A stretch of 60,920 nt of DNA, taken from the NCBI GenBank assembly GCA_030750665.1, contig JASMHR010000001.1, positions 1-60,920 on the forward strand, given 5' to 3'. This DNA comes from Candidatus Poseidoniaceae archaeon. Lineage in GTDB: Archaea; Thermoplasmatota; Poseidoniia; Poseidoniales; Poseidoniaceae. Numbering within the stretch: the stretch's first letter is position 1; each line of letters begins with the position of its first letter. The translations under genes and the position numbers were made by a program. Below the pieces are notes generated by a model. The model saw only the letters and a list, made by a program, of their open reading frames with translations, made no database searches and was not told the origin of the DNA. This document shows, one piece after another, positions 57,435 through 60,920 of this stretch.

Positions 57435-58697
57435 GACTCTTGCTTCTTCATACAGTTTTTCATATGCCGTGGCATTGTGGTCATAGGTGTACATGTCGAG
57501 AATCTTGTCCCTTCCGGCCAATCCTTTGACACGCCTTTGTTGCGGATTAGCCAATTCATCATTCACCTTCACAGCCAAGTCTTTGGAGTCCCCGAGTATG
57601 AACAGAGAACCCACGCTTGAATCAACCATTTCTGGCAATGGACCGTTATTGACTGTGACGACTGCGGTTCCACTGGCCATGGCTTCCAATGGAATCAATC
57701 CCTGACCCTCATAATATGAGGGATATATTACCAGATCAGCGCTTCTGTAGAGTTGCGCCAATTCTTCGAAAGAGAGGCTGGATTCGATGTAGACAGATTT
57801 CTCGATTCCGAGATTTTTTGCTTGTTTCAACAATGTCTTTCGCATATGCCCTCTACCAACAATGACCAATTTTGCATTTGGATTCTTCTCGAGGATTTCA
57901 GGCATGGTTCTCAGTAGCAAACGATATCCTTTTCTCGCGACTAAACGACCAACTGCAAGCAATAAGGGCGTATCTGTATCCGGTTCTGCAGATAGTGCGG
58001 CTTCATCCGCTGAATCATATTGTTTACGGGTTTCTTCATGCCGAAGTTGCACTTCTTCGTTATCTCTGTCAAGGGGATGGAGAACCTTCTCGTCGACTCC
58101 CCATCGCACCACTTCACATCGCCAGTCAACCGGTGGTCGATATCGAGAAAGAAACTCACTCTTGGTGGACTCGGATATTGCGACACAGAGATTGCTCTCC
58201 AATATTCCTGAACGTTCGAATCTAGAGAACCAACCCCCACTCAACAAAATGGCTAGATCATTCGGATTCTTCCACGTCGCTGCTTCTCTATGTTTGGCTG
58301 CAAGTTTCATTCCTTCGCGTTCTCCTAGCCATGAGCCATTCAATGTGGAAACGATGGGTGCAACATCTCGAATCATTGTCTTGTATTGTTTACGGGTCCA
58401 GGAAATGAGTGGCAATAATAGATGGATAACATCCACGCGTTGTTGTCTATGCAGTGTTTTCAGTGCCTTCAGCGCCTTTTTTCCATACGAACGGGTGAAT
58501 TGCATGGGAATGGGCGCCCATCCTACTTCGATGACATTCACGCCTTCTTGGCGTGGTGCTCTCTTGCCTCTGTTCTTTCGGGTTATCACAGTCACTTGAT
58601 GCCCTCGGCGAGCAAGGCTTGCAGCAAGATGGAAAGAGACTGAGCCAATACCTCCCCAGCGGGGTGGATATTCACCTGAGACCAGCGCGACGTGCAT
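57429..58697 (-). CDS. Glycosyltransferase family 4
   Basis: EYPP..GG, VGRL..RKG and PS..EGQGL..LEAMASG motifs. Start trimmed to MHVALV. Confidence 0.92.
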   Translation of the reverse strand: MHVALVSGEYPPRWGGIGSVSFHLAASLARRGHQVTVITRKNRGKRAPRQEGVNVIEVGWAPIPMQFTRSYGKKALKALKTLHRQQRVDVIHLLLPLISWTRKQYKTMIRDVAPIVSTLNGSWLGEREGMKLAAKHREAATWKNPNDLAILLSGGWFSRFERSGILESNLCVAISESTKSEFLSRYRPPVDWRCEVVRWGVDEKVLHPLDRDNEEVQLRHEETRKQYDSADEAALSAEPDTDTPLLLAVGRLVARKGYRLLLRTMPEILEKNPNAKLVIVGRGHMRKTLLKQAKNLGIEKSVYIESSLSFEELAQLYRSADLVIYPSYYEGQGLIPLEAMASGTAVVTVNNGPLPEMVDSSVGSLFILGDSKDLAVKVNDELANPQQRRVKGLAGRDKILDMYTYDHNATAYEKLYEEARVS

Positions 58698-58836
58698 CTC
58701 AATCAACATCTGCGAGGTGGAACTTGATTTCAACGATTGGCTAGAGCGGACAGAAGTGTTTCTACTTCCGCCGAAAGGTAAAACCGTCAATCGGGAGGTT
58801 TGAAAGACTCCTGCTGGGTCGGTGGCAACGTTATCC

Positions 58837-59613
58837 ATGACAGACCCGCTCCCGATTTCGGTCACAGTCATACTGCCGACATATGAAGAGGAGGCTGCTG
58901 TTGGCTTGACCATCGATTCAATTCCAAAGGATTGGTGTGAGAATCTAGAGATTCTCATCGTTGATGGTCAATCAAAAGATAGAACCAGAGAAATAGCACT
59001 CGAGAAAGGTGCCCGCGTCCATATTGAGCCGCGTAAGGGGTACGGAAGAGCCTATCGAACCGGATTTGAGATTGCCAAGGGAGACTACATCGTCACCATG
59101 GATGCAGATTGCACATACCCCGCTGAAGTTGTACCGGAATTAGTCAAGAAACTCATCGATGAAGACCTTGATTTCATCACTTGTGATCGCTTGACCAAGG
59201 CCGAAGAAGGTTCGATGTCAGGTTTACACGGTTTTGGGAATTGGATGCTTTCATTCACTGCCAGAATGTTGTACTGGTATGGAATCAAGGATTCACAGTC
59301 GGGAATGTGGGTCTTCCGCAAGTCGATAATGCAGAATCCAAAGATGCGCCCAACCAACGACGGAATGCCACTGTCTCAGGAGATGAAGATTCTTGCTCGC
59401 AAGAATCTCGGCAAGAAGAAGGCGATTGAGATTGCAGTTCCATATAGGGAAAGGGTTGGAGAGGCAGTCATCCATACCTGGGGGGACGGTTGGAAGAATC
59501 TAAGATTCCTTTATTTCAAGCGAATCGGACTGAATAGAACTCGTTCACCATGGGGTCCACTGGAAGATAATCCTGATTCTCTCAATGGCGATATCCCCGA
59601 GCAAAACAAGTGA
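58837..59613 (+). CDS. Glycosyltransferase family 2 (polyprenol-phosphate glycosyltransferase-like)
   Basis: LPTY.EE, VDG.S.D.T, GYG.A, DAD.TYP, DSQSG and Y.ERVG motifs. Confidence 0.92.
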   Translation: MTDPLPISVTVILPTYEEEAAVGLTIDSIPKDWCENLEILIVDGQSKDRTREIALEKGARVHIEPRKGYGRAYRTGFEIAKGDYIVTMDADCTYPAEVVPELVKKLIDEDLDFITCDRLTKAEEGSMSGLHGFGNWMLSFTARMLYWYGIKDSQSGMWVFRKSIMQNPKMRPTNDGMPLSQEMKILARKNLGKKKAIEIAVPYRERVGEAVIHTWGDGWKNLRFLYFKRIGLNRTRSPWGPLEDNPDSLNGDIPEQNK

Positions 59614-59682
59614 TTTTTCCTTGATTTTTCTCTGTTTCTTGTCTGCAAAGGGTATTTGTCTGAGTGTGGCCCCGTAGGGGCC

Positions 59683-60920
59683 ATGAGTAGAGAGAGTTCT
59701 CGCACTTTGAGTTTGATGATGACCACGATGTTCCTGCTTGGTTCTGCATTCATTCCGATGGCGCAGGCCGAAGGTTCAGAATCTGATGACAATGCAGTAC
59801 ATTACGGAATAGAATATGACTGGTCAAACCTTGATCAGGATCTTGAAACACTGTCTGGATTGGATTTCAACGGTATACTTCTGGATGTGATGGATGCAGC
59901 AACTGAATCTGGATTTAACCTAGTCATTGGACAGGCGACTACTGGCTCATCGAATTTCTATGTCTCCTACACAGAGGATCACAGTGCCCAAACCATCAGC
60001 AATAACAATGAGGAAGTCGTAGATGTATGGTCCAGAACCACAGATATGACAATCCGACATGGCGTATTGCTTGATGGAGCATTGTTGACCGATTGGAGCG
60101 AGTCCACATTTGGCTCGGATGGCACCAGTTTTGACATCCAGATGGCTACTGACAATGAGCAGGCACTCAGCATGGATGTCAATTATATCGAATACTTCAA
60201 CGATGATGCAGAATTGCTGGGTGCTGACATGGATTTCTCCATGGCTTTTGAGTTAGGCAGCGAATTGAGTATTAATGCAGAGTTCAAAGGAGATGGAGAA
60301 CAGTTTGATGTTGCTTTTGATATGGCAGCGAATCTCAGATATTCGCTCGATGAATCCCATCTTGAATGGAGACTGGGTTCTCCAAGTCCAATCTACAAGG
60401 AAATGTCGACTCATGATTATGTCGATTGGAATTGTTATGATGAAAGCGATTCATGGGAAGGTGGGAATGAAATCGAATTGGTTGATGATTGTGGTTCGTT
60501 GATGGGAACCTATGCCAGTTCTGCAAGTTATGATGCTTCAGTGACTGGTATTCCTACTGAAGAATTCTTGATGGATGCGGGTGAACTCGATATTGAGATT
60601 ACTGACAGCGCTGCTGATTCTGGTATTATCGAGGAATCATACCTCAGTGAATGGATGCATTTTAGATTCGACGATTCATTGGTTATTACTCTTGATGATG
60701 GTCCCACCACAAATGTGCGTGGTTGTATGGATTGTGGACCTGTAAACCCGCTTATGGTCTGGTTGATGGGATATGCAATGGAGCCTGCAATTTCAGGAGT
60801 CGGTAGTCAAATGGCAGATGATTTTGAAGAAGAATTAGGTGAAGAGATTGTGGACCCATTTGGACTTGCGGAAAGCAATGATGAAGATGAGATGTTCGAT
60901 TGTGGCGATGGCACCTCTAT
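59683..60920 (+). CDS. Large secreted acidic surface protein, 3'-truncated, possibly entering an LDL-receptor class A-like repeat
   Basis: Not in the ORF track because it has no stop in the window. Signal peptide MSRESSRTLSLMMTTMFLLGSAFIPMAQA, then YGIEYDW; ends FDCGDGTS at the window edge. Confidence 0.8.
   Translation, partial: MSRESSRTLSLMMTTMFLLGSAFIPMAQAEGSESDDNAVHYGIEYDWSNLDQDLETLSGLDFNGILLDVMDAATESGFNLVIGQATTGSSNFYVSYTEDHSAQTISNNNEEVVDVWSRTTDMTIRHGVLLDGALLTDWSESTFGSDGTSFDIQMATDNEQALSMDVNYIEYFNDDAELLGADMDFSMAFELGSELSINAEFKGDGEQFDVAFDMAANLRYSLDESHLEWRLGSPSPIYKEMSTHDYVDWNCYDESDSWEGGNEIELVDDCGSLMGTYASSASYDASVTGIPTEEFLMDAGELDIEITDSAADSGIIEESYLSEWMHFRFDDSLVITLDDGPTTNVRGCMDCGPVNPLMVWLMGYAMEPAISGVGSQMADDFEEELGEEIVDPFGLAESNDEDEMFDCGDGTS

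Noticed and set aside
58698..58958. Apparent long overlaps from N-terminal ORF extensions (GT4/GT2, dus/HTH, STAND/uvrC)
   Set aside because: Family homology begins at downstream start codons; trimming the starts removes the overlaps.
1..60920. tRNA, rRNA or IS elements
   Set aside because: No cloverleaf, rRNA signature, transposase or terminal inverted repeats found in the short intergenic gaps by manual reading.

Overview
Gene-dense archaeal chromosomal segment with about 52 CDS. I found no rRNA, tRNA, CRISPR array, integrase or transposase. The gene content points to Marine Group II Euryarchaeota (Ca. Poseidoniales, Thermoplasmatota); this is an inference from aIF1A/Rio1/Dim2, archaeal rps2, Tyw1, a PhoU-AbrB regulator, bacterial-type uvrC, gpmA and alkB, and many very acidic secreted proteins. 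Core functions cover ribosome biogenesis and translation, tRNA modification, beta-oxidation, a MacB/FtsX-type ABC system, surface glycosylation, phosphate uptake, extracellular peptidases and nucleotide excision repair. Most notable: (1) a regulator-led, tightly coupled cassette of four tiny membrane-associating peptides at 34.4-36.5 kb, two of them below the ORF-track cutoff; (2) a solo Cas4-like Fe-S nuclease with four inserted transmembrane helices; (3) an aIF1A with a eukaryote-like acidic tail; (4) a CDIN1/TPD-like nuclease; (5) alkB, AOR and a JAMM protein close together; (6) a PiT-DUF47 fusion with a palindromic candidate operator; (7) a G-U-rich intergenic hairpin; (8) a recurrent non-canonical TT(C/G)A(A/T) promoter box. 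All assignments come from motif recognition by eye; no database searches were run.
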